The notes under the pieces: model-generated
The model's database searches: none
Told to the model about the DNA's origin: nothing
What the model saw: the letters and a program-made list of their open reading frames with translations, nothing else
IMG/VR virus record: IMGVR_UViG_3300021373_000958
Span: 1-53,515 of that record
Reading direction: 5' to 3' (one strand)
Length of the DNA: 53,515 nt
Origin: a virus
Taxonomy: Duplodnaviria > Caudoviricetes
Position numbers and translations under genes: made by a program
Shown: piece after piece, positions 39,903-47,236 of the stretch
Position numbering within the stretch: the stretch's first letter is position 1
How the letters are laid out: each line of letters opens with the position of its first letter

Positions 39903-41696
39903 TTACTCTTTATATGCAGTGAATGAGGAATTGGCAACATCAACATCAAGATAAACCTCGCGGAGTGCCTTAATGTCATTAGAAAGTGGTTTTACTCTAA
40001 CCGAAATGCGATTATCAAAGAAACTACCTTTGATGATAGTTAAATTATAAATTTTTAGTTCACCTTTTAAATAATCAATATCGCCAACTTCGCTGTCAAG
40101 AACAACCTTTTCACCAGTTACGCTATCTAGTCTATATAGGACAATTTTGCCATCCCTATCTTCAAGATAGACATCAAAATTGGGATACTCAGTTACCCTA
40201 AACCCAGTTGTGGAAAGGACTGGATCGTCACAATCAACATCAAAAGCATTCTGGTAACAAATCTCATAGTAGAAGGTTGAATTGAGTTGAGGATAGAAAT
40301 CCTTCCTCATTGTTACAGAAGTTAAATTAGAATTAATTGCTTGATCTGCATCGTCAATAACACCAATTGCTTTACTGTATCTAAACTTGCCATTGAACTT
40401 CTCTGTATTAGAATTATCAAGATAAGACTGAACCGAAGCAATAACTTTATCTCTAATTTGAGCAGGAGTTTCGTCAGTCTTTGTTCTATCGTAGTAAACC
40501 TTACTTGTTAGTTCGACATATAGAATAGAAGGATCGATCAATACTGGTTCAACAGATGCGACAATATACTTCTCTAATTCTGTTACAATTTCATTTTTAG
40601 TGAGAGAAGTTAAGTAACTTGCATCATTTGGTTTCAATGCAATGAAAACTTTTCCATACTGTGGAGGGTCCTGATCTTCGCCTCCAAAGATGATAATATC
40701 GCTCGTGGCGGGATATATCCTACGAACGATTGCTTCGTAGTCCTGGGCGGTTACAGCGCGGTCCTGGGTGCCATATGACTTGGGAGCGGTATATTTAATT
40801 TTCTTGGTGCTCTCAATTTCCTCTCCACCAGAGGATGGAGTAGTGGAAGCAATGGAAACGGAAACATTGGGAGTAATACCATTTGGGTTTTCAAGTACAC
40901 CAGAGAAAACAAATGTCCTTACGCCATTGCTAGATGGTCCAGAAGTTGTGATATATGAGACTTCAACACGAGATCCATTCTCAAGTTTCTTTCCTAATAC
41001 TCCATCACCCAACAAAATTTCATATCTTTCATCTTCAATTTCGTCTAAGAAGAATACTTTTGAATTTCCGTCGATACCGAGAATATTATCTGCAACTAGA
41101 TATGGTTCACTAAAACTACCACCACCAGGATAAACTTTCACTCTAATGGTGTTAGTATCAATGTTGCGGTTGTCAAGAACAAATCTTTGCGTCTTGAGTG
41201 CTGTATTGACGGTGAATGTATTAGTAAGGAAAGTTCCCTCTCTCAAAGGAACATCAGTAAAGGTTGCAACACCGTTAGCTACCTGTGCCGTAACATCATC
41301 AACGACAACATACTGATAAATGCTATTATCATATGAAGCAATAAATCCTGTTCCTTTCTTCAAAAGCAACTCAGTATCAGTTGTAGCGTTTTGATAAGTT
41401 GCTGTAAAGGTAATATATGCTGTAGGAGAGGTTGCGCTCTTGGGTCTGTACCCTAATTGCTTTGCAATCGCTACTACGTTGTCCCTGAGGGTCGCTGAAT
41501 CAATGAATAGTTCATTGACCACCATGTTGGTGTTAAACGCCGTATAATAGGTGTTATAGGCGAGTGTATCGATGAGAGTGGATAATGCCGATCCCTCAAA
41601 ATCATAATCAGTAAAATCTGAATTTGCTCTGAGATAATCTTTCAGAGCAGCTTTGATATCTTCAAAGTCTAAGTTAGCAACTTGTGTATATGGCAT
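39903..41696 (-). CDS. gp6: baseplate wedge subunit gp6
   Basis: LDFEDIKAALKDYLRANSDFTDYDFEGSALSTLIDTLAYNTYY...FIDSATLRDNVVAIAKQLGYRPKS...QDRAVTAQDYEAI. Confidence 0.93.
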   Translation of the reverse strand: MPYTQVANLDFEDIKAALKDYLRANSDFTDYDFEGSALSTLIDTLAYNTYYTAFNTNMVVNELFIDSATLRDNVVAIAKQLGYRPKSATSPTAYITFTATYQNATTDTELLLKKGTGFIASYDNSIYQYVVVDDVTAQVANGVATFTDVPLREGTFLTNTFTVNTALKTQRFVLDNRNIDTNTIRVKVYPGGGSFSEPYLVADNILGIDGNSKVFFLDEIEDERYEILLGDGVLGKKLENGSRVEVSYITTSGPSSNGVRTFVFSGVLENPNGITPNVSVSIASTTPSSGGEEIESTKKIKYTAPKSYGTQDRAVTAQDYEAIVRRIYPATSDIIIFGGEDQDPPQYGKVFIALKPNDASYLTSLTKNEIVTELEKYIVASVEPVLIDPSILYVELTSKVYYDRTKTDETPAQIRDKVIASVQSYLDNSNTEKFNGKFRYSKAIGVIDDADQAINSNLTSVTMRKDFYPQLNSTFYYEICYQNAFDVDCDDPVLSTTGFRVTEYPNFDVYLEDRDGKIVLYRLDSVTGEKVVLDSEVGDIDYLKGELKIYNLTIIKGSFFDNRISVRVKPLSNDIKALREVYLDVDVANSSFTAYKE

Positions 41697-42088
41697 TATC
41701 GTGTGCGCTCTAAGAAGAATTCTACTGCTACTGGTGCATCTTCTCTACCAACAATGGTATACTTCAATTCAACTTGAAAACCATTATTATCAAAATCTGG
41801 AACACACAAGATAGAATTGATACTAATTCTTGGTTCATATCTGTTCAGAGTATTCCTGATTTCAGATTTGATTAGTCCAGCACTACCATAATCAAGTGGT
41901 TCGAATAATACCTTTTGAACATTACATCCCAATTGAGGTTGGAATGGTCTTTCTCCTTTCATAGTAAGAAGTAAGGCAGTAATCGATTGAACGATAGCTG
42001 CCTTGTCTTTTACCTGAACCAAATCATTGGAAACAGGATGCTTCTTAAATGTTACACTCAGATCTTTGAATGTCTGAAAGGTCGGCAT
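41696..42088 (-). CDS. gp25: baseplate wedge subunit gp25
   Basis: FKDLSVTFKKHPVSNDL...AIVQSITALLLTMKGERPFQPQLG...LFEP...YEPRI; ATAAATA at 42113-42119. Confidence 0.92.
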   Translation of the reverse strand: MPTFQTFKDLSVTFKKHPVSNDLVQVKDKAAIVQSITALLLTMKGERPFQPQLGCNVQKVLFEPLDYGSAGLIKSEIRNTLNRYEPRISINSILCVPDFDNNGFQVELKYTIVGREDAPVAVEFFLERTR

Positions 42089-42119
42089 TGAGACACAGCA
42101 GTAGGCTGTTTCTATTTAT

Positions 42120-42335
42120 TCACTCGTGCCAACGCTCAACAAAATCGTCAAATCCGCCCGCCCCTCCACAAGGGCGTTCTAGGCGGTCTTCGGGAAGTGG
42201 GTATAGTTCTTCCTTCATCTTGGATCTACGACGCTTTGTAGCGGCATCTAGAAGGCGATCACTGTCCGTTTCAGTAATGAGTGTCATGCCTTCTTCGATA
42301 AATTCTTCACTTTTGTCTACTGGAAATAGTCCCAT
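42120..42335 (-). CDS. hypothetical protein
   Basis: 71-aa ORF with an upstream GAGG and CTAAATA at about 42396-42402. Confidence 0.7.
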   Translation of the reverse strand: MGLFPVDKSEEFIEEGMTLITETDSDRLLDAATKRRRSKMKEELYPLPEDRLERPCGGAGGFDDFVERWHE

Positions 42336-42340
42336 TGAAA

Positions 42341-42380
42341 AACCTCTCTAAAGTCTGTTTCCAGAACTTTTAGAGAGGTT
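42341..42380 (-). promoter_or_regulatory. long hairpin that overlaps the RBS of the 42335 gene and resembles a terminator
   Basis: Minus strand AACCTCTCTAAAAGTTCTG-gaaa-CAGACTTTAGAGAGGTT then TTTC, 5 nt before the ATG. Confidence 0.6.
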
Positions 42381-42432
42381 GCTATCTCTTCTTACTATTT
42401 AGTTTCGGAGTACCGCTCGGCGCTTTCGGTCC

Positions 42433-42579
42433 TCAACGACCCTGACCGCGATAACGCTTCTTACGACCATTACGAGAACTCGCACCCAGATGAGTGTTCT
42501 TCGAACGACCTTGACGGGTCTTCTTCGGAGCACCCTCGGTGTAGTTCGACTTTACCAAACCAACCTTTGCTTTTGCCAT
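42433..42579 (-). CDS. small highly basic late protein (48 aa)
   Basis: Manual translation MAKAKVGLVKSNYTEGAPKKTRQGRSKNTHLGASSRNGRKKRYRGQGR; fills the gap after the PAAR-like gene; below the ORF-track cutoff. Confidence 0.75.
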   Translation of the reverse strand: MAKAKVGLVKSNYTEGAPKKTRQGRSKNTHLGASSRNGRKKRYRGQGR

Positions 42580-42594
42580 AAAACTCTAAGTGTG

Positions 42595-42963
42595 TTAACC
42601 AATTACTATTGTAGGATATTTGTAAGGACCTGTCAAGGGTCTCGGGGTGCCTGGCGCAAAAACCAGCACAGTCTCATCCCCACTTACTGCGAAAAGTTTC
42701 CCATTGATATGCACTGACGTGTTAACCCTGGGTACAAGCACTCGATCGCCTGGGAGACAACTCGTGTTGGGTGGAATTGGCGTACCCTCTACCGAAGATA
42801 ACACAATGTTCTCAACAACTGGATAATGCTCTACTTGCTCCCCTTCGAAGTATACATTGGGACTGATAGTAGTCTCCCCTCCAATCTCCTCTGCAGGATA
42901 CACACAAGGCAATCCAGCAGCACTTGGAGTGTCTAGACAATCTGATCCAACTACATTAGGCAT
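42595..42963 (-). CDS. PAAR-like baseplate spike tip protein (gp5.4-like)
   Basis: Three-part pattern SPNVYFEGEQV / SVHINGKLFAVSGD / PTIVIG, Cys/His residues, upstream of gp25. Confidence 0.6.
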   Translation of the reverse strand: MPNVVGSDCLDTPSAAGLPCVYPAEEIGGETTISPNVYFEGEQVEHYPVVENIVLSSVEGTPIPPNTSCLPGDRVLVPRVNTSVHINGKLFAVSGDETVLVFAPGTPRPLTGPYKYPTIVIG

Positions 42964-43193
42964 TACACTACTTTTGCAACGATTGCTAAATCTTTCTTAA
43001 TTCCTTCTACATTGTTATGTAGATAATCTAAAGTATCACTTAGAGATTCGTGCTGTCTACTGTGAGGTCGCCTGTACATCAATTGTGGTCTCTCCAGGGC
43101 TGATATCCGCTGGTCCAGGTTCTGCAACCTCTCGGACAGCTTCAGGAGTGCTGCTTCCAATTTCTGCTGCTGCTGTAGTAACTCTTCCATCAT
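42963..43193 (-). CDS. coiled-coil hypothetical protein
   Basis: Good SD (AAGAGGAG) before ATGATG; TAATG coupling to the next gene. Confidence 0.7.
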   Translation of the reverse strand: MMEELLQQQQKLEAALLKLSERLQNLDQRISALERPQLMYRRPHSRQHESLSDTLDYLHNNVEGIKKDLAIVAKVV

Positions 43194-43299
43194 TTTGATC
43201 TCCTCTTAGGAATGCTTCACTTGCACGACTTTCGAACTCATCACAAAATGCGTCGAAATTTTCTAGAATTTTTTCAAAATCTTTTAAATTACTTTCCAT
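43057..43299 (-). CDS. acidic hypothetical protein overlapping the downstream gene
   Basis: MESNLKDFEKILENFDAFCDEFESRASEAF; the only ORF covering 43194-43283. Confidence 0.55.
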   Translation of the reverse strand: MESNLKDFEKILENFDAFCDEFESRASEAFLRGDQNDGRVTTAAAEIGSSTPEAVREVAEPGPADISPGETTIDVQATSQ

Positions 43300-43475
43300 A
43301 ATGCTTTCAGTATTTGAGTGAAACTATCATTCTTTGAATATTTATTGGATGACTTTTTCGGGCGGTTTTGTCTGGCGACATTTTTTTGGAATTCATAAAA
43401 TCTCCTCATCGAATTCCTCTGACGTATCGCTTCTGCCCTCTGAGATCCTTGGGACATTCTTTGACCTTTTTTCAT
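43284..43475 (-). CDS. basic hypothetical protein, first gene of the late block
   Basis: 63-aa ORF preceded by ATAAATA at 43513-43519. Confidence 0.6.
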   Translation of the reverse strand: MKKGQRMSQGSQRAEAIRQRNSMRRFYEFQKNVARQNRPKKSSNKYSKNDSFTQILKALWKVI

Positions 43476-43590
43476 GGGGAATTTTTTTGGGAATTTTTTT
43501 ATTTGCGAAGAATATTTATCGGTCGTCTGGATACTTTTGTAGGTTAGGGAAGTAGTCGATTTTTGAAATCGCTTGGCGCCCTTAAGTATA

Positions 43591-43619
43591 ACAAAGGGGG
43601 GGCAATTAACTGTCCCCCC
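43591..43619 (-). terminator. intrinsic terminator closing the early cluster
   Basis: Minus strand GGGGGGACAG-ttaa-TTGCCCCCCC-TTTGT immediately after the HicA-like ORF. Confidence 0.7.
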
Positions 43620-43632
43620 GTATACCTTACTG

Positions 43633-43809
43633 TCAGGCGCTAAGTGTCACCAATCGCCTCGCAATGTGTCGTGCTGTGTGTTCTTTAGGTCTGTATGGAA
43701 TAGTCATCACATTGCCTGATTTGTGTATCCATTTCTCATGCTTACTGCCATTGCGTTCTTTAATCCAACCGTTGGCAAGTGCTAAGCGTTTGAGTTGCTT
43801 GTCTGTCAT
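43633..43809 (-). CDS. hicA: HicA-like (dsRBD-fold) toxin/mRNA interferase, 58 aa
   Basis: Manual translation MTDKQLKRLALANGWIKERNGSKHEKWIHKSGNVMTIPYRPKEHTARHIARRLVTLSA; matches HicA pattern helix-GW..R.G(S)xH..(W/F).H..G..vtiP-helix. Confidence 0.7.
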   Translation of the reverse strand: MTDKQLKRLALANGWIKERNGSKHEKWIHKSGNVMTIPYRPKEHTARHIARRLVTLSA

Positions 43810-43847
43810 GTGGTTAGTGTAGAGAAATGCCTAGGTGCTAGGATGGG

Positions 43848-44021
43848 TCACCATGTGGGCAAGCGGTCGATCGCTTCCTGTGCATGGTGCTCTGCAAAGA
43901 CGCCAGCGATCATGTAGGCGCTGTGTGCTGTGCCCTGTAGAGTGTTGCTGCTGACCCATCCTGTCTGGCGGGTGCTGATGTCAGAGGCGAGGCGGAAGCA
44001 GGTGGGGTGGCGCTTAGTCAT
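43848..44021 (-). CDS. hypothetical protein (57 aa)
   Basis: Manual translation MTKRHPTCFRLASDISTRQTGWVSSNTLQGTAHSAYMIAGVFAEHHAQEAIDRLPTW; AC-rich leader and TATAGT upstream. Confidence 0.55.
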   Translation of the reverse strand: MTKRHPTCFRLASDISTRQTGWVSSNTLQGTAHSAYMIAGVFAEHHAQEAIDRLPTW

Positions 44022-44069
44022 GCTGTGCTGTGTGTGATGGGGTTACTATAGCATGGGGGGGGCGACCCC

Positions 44070-44339
44070 TCAGAGGTCTGCCATCATCTCGTTCATCTCA
44101 TCAGCGTCGATCGCCACGCTGTCCCATGCCACGCCGTCGCCAGTCTTGACGAGGTGGCGACCGATCTGCCCGTCAGTCATGCAGCGCACGAACTTATCCC
44201 AAGGGGTCTCGTCATCAGAGCAGAACTCGACACACGCCTTAGCGGTGTTGTAAAGAAATTCATCGTTGCCGATCCACAGGGCAGCGTTCCAAGTCTCGTA
44301 GGTTGCCCAACCGTTGTAAGTGGAGAGGGTGCTGGTCAT
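44070..44339 (-). CDS. conserved phage hypothetical protein (YNGW.xYETW family)
   Basis: MTSTLSTYNGWATYETWNAALWIGNDEFLY...KTGDGVAWDSVAIDADEMNEMM; start chosen downstream of the promoter at 44365-44423. Confidence 0.75.
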   Translation of the reverse strand: MTSTLSTYNGWATYETWNAALWIGNDEFLYNTAKACVEFCSDDETPWDKFVRCMTDGQIGRHLVKTGDGVAWDSVAIDADEMNEMMADL

Positions 44340-44364
44340 GTCGTTGTGTTTGTTTGTTGTGTGT

Positions 44365-44423
44365 ATCCTAGTCGGTCTGCCGCTCAGTCGCGGTCGCTGA
44401 TGTGCCAGGTTGTGGATTGGCAC
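44365..44423 (-). promoter_or_regulatory. early-type promoter: palindrome + 30 nt + TAGGAT
   Basis: GTGCCAATCCACAACCTGGCACA-N30-TAGGAT. Confidence 0.65.
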
Positions 44424-44554
44424 TCAGGGGCAGGGAAGGGGAAAGGGCGACCCTCAGCGAACGCCTTGCGATTGGCAGCGGATCGTGCCATCATGGTGTT
44501 GTGCTGTTGAGTGTAGGATGCCATGATGGCGGCGAGGTCAGGTGTTTTGTTCAT
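44384..44554 (-). CDS. hypothetical protein, probably leaderless
   Basis: MNKTPDLAAIMASYTQQHN...; ATG 6 nt after the -10 CATACT (44561-44566). Confidence 0.6.
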   Translation of the reverse strand: MNKTPDLAAIMASYTQQHNTMMARSAANRKAFAEGRPFPFPAPECQSTTWHISDRD

Positions 44555-44560
44555 GCTCTT

Positions 44561-44618
44561 AGTATGGCAGGTCTTGAGGCGCTTTGGGGGAAATGGTGGA
44601 CAGTGCCTCAATCGTCCC
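44561..44618 (-). promoter_or_regulatory. early-type promoter: palindrome + 29 nt + CATACT
   Basis: GGGACGATTGAGGCACTGTCCAC-N29-CATACT. Confidence 0.65.
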
Positions 44619-44769
44619 AGTTCATCCATGCCTCGGGTTTGACGCCGCCAGGTGCTTTGATGGCGAACAGGACGCCAAACCCCATAGCAAGGGCGAACAG
44701 TAGGGCGACCTTGCCAGTGCCCTCAGGCAGTTGGTGGAATAGGTCGATGATGGGGGAGAGGTCGGGCAT
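44608..44769 (-). CDS. small single-TM membrane protein
   Basis: MPDLSPIIDLFHQLPEGTGKVALLFALAMGFGVLFAIKAPGG... Confidence 0.55.
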   Translation of the reverse strand: MPDLSPIIDLFHQLPEGTGKVALLFALAMGFGVLFAIKAPGGVKPEAWMNWDD

Positions 44770-44792
44770 CGGTCGTTTGCTTTGTTCCTTGT

Positions 44793-44851
44793 ATTCTACA
44801 GGGTCAGGGGCGCACAATCTGCTCAACAGTGGACAGTGCATCTGCCGTCAC
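44793..44851 (-). promoter_or_regulatory. early-type promoter: palindrome + 30 nt + TAGAAT
   Basis: GTGACGGCAGATGCACTGTCCAC-N30-TAGAAT. Confidence 0.65.
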
Positions 44852-44917
44852 ATTACGGGCAGGGGTGCTGGTCCAGAATAGGACGCCAACCGCTGCTAGG
44901 ATGATCAGGCGCATCAT
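44804..44917 (-). CDS. very small signal-anchor/membrane peptide (37 aa)
   Basis: MMRLIILAAVGVLFWTSTPARNVTADALSTVEQIVRP; ATGA overlap with the upstream ORF. Confidence 0.5.
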   Translation of the reverse strand: MMRLIILAAVGVLFWTSTPARNVTADALSTVEQIVRP

Positions 44918-45135
44918 TTGGCAACCCCAAAGACGAGATCAGCGATGGCGTTGGTGTTCTCATCACAGCGGCACCACTTGATAGGGTCACCGTTAGGAGG
45001 GCACATCCAAATCATGCACTTCTCACCCCATGCCTGACCTAGGCGGAAGGCGTGATTCATGTCCTTTGCCCACAGGCACCCGTTAGGATCGAACTTGCCC
45101 CATGCTGTGGGTTGAACTGCGATGGCGTTGGTCAT
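44914..45135 (-). CDS. hypothetical protein (Cys/Trp-rich)
   Basis: 73-aa ORF downstream of the promoter at 45160-45218. Confidence 0.65.
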   Translation of the reverse strand: MTNAIAVQPTAWGKFDPNGCLWAKDMNHAFRLGQAWGEKCMIWMCPPNGDPIKWCRCDENTNAIADLVFGVAK

Positions 45136-45159
45136 TTGGTCTTGCGTTTCGATGTAACC

Positions 45160-45218
45160 AGTATAAGGGCAGAGATGGCGCGTTTGGCGAGTTGAGTGGA
45201 CACCTGCTCAACTGGATG
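45160..45218 (-). promoter_or_regulatory. early-type promoter: palindrome + 30 nt + TATACT
   Basis: CATCCAGTTGAGCAGGTGTCCAC-N30-TATACT. Confidence 0.65.
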
Positions 45219-45348
45219 CCATTCTGCCTTGGGCAGGTAGGGCATAGAGTAATGTGCCATTTGCCGTGGTAGTGTGGTTGTACTAATTCGAGCCGCGATT
45301 CTCAATTAGAAAGTCTATTGAGAATGACAGATTAGAGGTGCTAAGTTA

Positions 45349-45537
45349 TCACTCCCCCAACAATTCGGGGTAGTATTCTTTCACCTCACCAATCAACTCA
45401 TCTACAGTGTACTTGTCCAAATTCTCATCGAATTGATCATACAAAAGCGCCATCATGTCTTTGATGTCCATACCATCCAAGATGGTGTTGATATAGTTTG
45501 CTTGCAGTTCGTCGCGGTCGATGATGTTGTCAGTCAT
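45349..45537 (-). CDS. acidic hypothetical protein
   Basis: MTDNIIDRDELQANYINTILDGMDIKDMM...ELIGEVKEYYPELL. Confidence 0.7.
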   Translation of the reverse strand: MTDNIIDRDELQANYINTILDGMDIKDMMALLYDQFDENLDKYTVDELIGEVKEYYPELLGE

Positions 45538-45573
45538 GATGATTGTGTGGTGATAGTGTTACGAAAGACCCGC

Positions 45574-45933
45574 TCAGGAGAGCAACAGTTGATGAGACAG
45601 AGCGCCCATCTTCATACCGTTACGAAACTCAGTCACAAAGAATTCAGTGCCATTGTAGAGACGAACAAACCACTGATAGTTCTTTTGGAATACACCTTCG
45701 CCAGCAATAGCGCACTCGCTGAAGATAGCATTCAGGCGAGACTTGGTGGTAGTAGACTGCCAACCACCATCAAAGATGCGAATGTAGTTCTCACCCACAT
45801 CTGCAATGTGGTTGCCGTGCAAATACACTTTGCTCTCTTGAGTGTCAGCGTCAAACTCTACACGAGTGTTAGCAGAATGCCAGTTGTCGCTGTTAGCGAT
45901 AGCGTTGAGCATTTGGCGTTCGATTTTACGCAT
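45574..45933 (-). CDS. conserved cyanophage hypothetical protein
   Basis: MRKIERQMLNAI...VYLHGNHIA...FDGGWQSTTTKSRLNAI...VFQKNYQWFV. Confidence 0.75.
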   Translation of the reverse strand: MRKIERQMLNAIANSDNWHSANTRVEFDADTQESKVYLHGNHIADVGENYIRIFDGGWQSTTTKSRLNAIFSECAIAGEGVFQKNYQWFVRLYNGTEFFVTEFRNGMKMGALSHQLLLS

Positions 45934-45962
45934 GAAAGTCGTTGGTTTTTGAACTTGAAACT

Positions 45963-46019
45963 ACAATACAGGATCAGGGGGGCAATGGGGAGAATGGTGG
46001 ACACTCCCCCAATTGTCAC
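45963..46019 (-). promoter_or_regulatory. early-type promoter: palindrome + 28 nt + TATTGT
   Basis: GTGACAATTGGGGGAGTGTCCAC-N28-TATTGT. Confidence 0.6.
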
Positions 46020-46213
46020 ATGCCGAAGAACTCTTCGAACTCGTCAGCGATACGATCGATTAACCAGTCGCTAGCGTTCACGCTGAACACATCACAGACC
46101 CAATCGACGCAATCGTTGAGATCAGTCATGTTAGAACACATGTACTCCCGAAGGGCGGGAGCGATATCCAGATCGAACTGGTGGACCATGGAGGAAGTGA
46201 GGTTGTTTGTCAT
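46016..46213 (-). CDS. hypothetical protein, probably leaderless
   Basis: ATG 6 nt after TATAAT (46220-46225). Confidence 0.7.
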   Translation of the reverse strand: MTNNLTSSMVHQFDLDIAPALREYMCSNMTDLNDCVDWVCDVFSVNASDWLIDRIADEFEEFFGM

Positions 46214-46219
46214 GTAGAC

Positions 46220-46278
46220 ATTATAGGCACGGGTGGGGACGATCTGCGAGGCAAAGTGGACACTCTGCCAACTGTCCT
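46220..46278 (-). promoter_or_regulatory. early-type promoter: palindrome + 30 nt + TATAAT
   Basis: AGGACAGTTGGCAGAGTGTCCAC-N30-TATAAT. Confidence 0.7.
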
Positions 46279-46534
46279 AGTCCTGGGTCGTGTAATCTAT
46301 ATCAAAGGTAGACTCACATTCAGGCATATCGTTATCATCCAGGATGATACGGTAGTCTATACTTTTCACACAATATCCTGCAGCAGCAGTAATCTCTTCT
46401 ACGAGATCATCACCATCATCTGCCTCCCAAAATGTGCCGATGTAATCATCAAAAAACTCAGCACATTCTTGCTCAGTCATAGGATAGAGACTATCCTCAA
46501 AATCGAACTCAATTTGTGTAACTTGGAATTGCAT
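46277..46534 (-). CDS. acidic conserved hypothetical protein
   Basis: MQFQVTQIEFDFED...WEADDGDDLVEEITAAAGYCVKSIDYR. Confidence 0.7.
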   Translation of the reverse strand: MQFQVTQIEFDFEDSLYPMTEQECAEFFDDYIGTFWEADDGDDLVEEITAAAGYCVKSIDYRIILDDNDMPECESTFDIDYTTQD

Positions 46535-46567
46535 GGTTAGTGTCAGTTAGTGATGAATGAGTTAGTG

Positions 46568-46729
46568 TCAGTTAGTGCCGAACATTTCTTTGTACAAATC
46601 GAGATCCTGGTTCTTATACTTTTCATTGGTTAACCAAATCTCTTGTTCAATCCAGGCAACTTGCTGCCGTGCTTTAATCAAACTCTCACGCAGTTCGTAT
46701 AACTTTTGGTTGCGCTCAGTGATAGTCAA
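46568..46729 (-). CDS. coiled-coil hypothetical protein (53 aa, TTG start)
   Basis: Manual translation MTITERNQKLYELRESLIKARQQVAWIEQEIWLTNEKYKNQDLDLYKEMFGTN. Confidence 0.6.
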   Translation of the reverse strand: MTITERNQKLYELRESLIKARQQVAWIEQEIWLTNEKYKNQDLDLYKEMFGTN

Positions 46730-46755
46730 AATGGAAAAATCCCGTCAACATGTAT

Positions 46756-46812
46756 ACAATACACGATAACGGGACAGATGGGGGATTAGGTGGACAGTTC
46801 AATAAGTGTCAT
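46756..46812 (-). promoter_or_regulatory. early-type promoter: palindrome + 28 nt + TATTGT
   Basis: ATGACACTTATTGAACTGTCCAC-N28-TATTGT. Confidence 0.6.
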
Positions 46813-46957
46813 AGTATTCGTCCGTTTCCCTCTTGAATTTGGTAACTTTCTTTTTAGTCTGCCTTCGAATGTTCTTTACTTCATAACCAAAGTCTTCGAA
46901 TTCTTCATCGAATTGTTGAAACTTTTGGTTGTCGGACTGATTGTAACGTTTGCCCAT
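46799..46957 (-). CDS. hypothetical protein (52 aa)
   Basis: Manual translation MGKRYNQSDNQKFQQFDEEFEDFGYEVKNIRRQTKKKVTKFKRETDEYYDTY. Confidence 0.6.
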   Translation of the reverse strand: MGKRYNQSDNQKFQQFDEEFEDFGYEVKNIRRQTKKKVTKFKRETDEYYDTY

Positions 46958-46990
46958 GATTTGTGGTGAATGTTAACTCAAACTGTGTGA

Positions 46991-47236
46991 CTATTTAGAT
47001 TGAACAAGGGCACCATCTCGGACTTGTTGGTGTAGAAATCGCCCAACAGATCCTTTACCATTGTTCATCTCAACATCGATCAATTCTTCACTCAATTGTT
47101 GTTGGAATTGTTCAGTATCTTTACAGTCAAATGTATATTCTTTGTCTATATTACTATTATACACTACTTTAACTACATTATCCTCTATAGTAATACTATT
47201 AATAGCACTACTATTCAGATTTTGATAGGTTTTCAT
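46991..47236 (-). CDS. KTSC-like small nucleic-acid-binding protein
   Basis: NSSAINSITIEDNVVKVVYNSNIDKEYTF...KGSVGRFLHQQVRDG resembles the KTSC pattern SS.I..i.....l.V.f.....Y.y ... S.G.f....ir. Confidence 0.5.
   Translation of the reverse strand: MKTYQNLNSSAINSITIEDNVVKVVYNSNIDKEYTFDCKDTEQFQQQLSEELIDVEMNNGKGSVGRFLHQQVRDGALVQSK

Noticed and set aside
5589-41133. Numerous 60-140 aa ORFs inside the large structural genes on either strand
   Set aside because: Antisense or off-frame shadows expected from codon bias; no promoter, RBS or recognisable motif
45132-45260. Possible 42-aa minus-strand ORF MAHYSMPYLPKAEWHPVEQVSTQ...
   Set aside because: Runs across an entire promoter element and has no recognisable features; ATGA coupling alone is insufficient support
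44053-46769. Plus-strand ORFs such as 44402-44881 and 45433-46074
   Set aside because: Antisense to a coherent promoter-driven minus-strand gene set in a GC-richer region where stops are rarer
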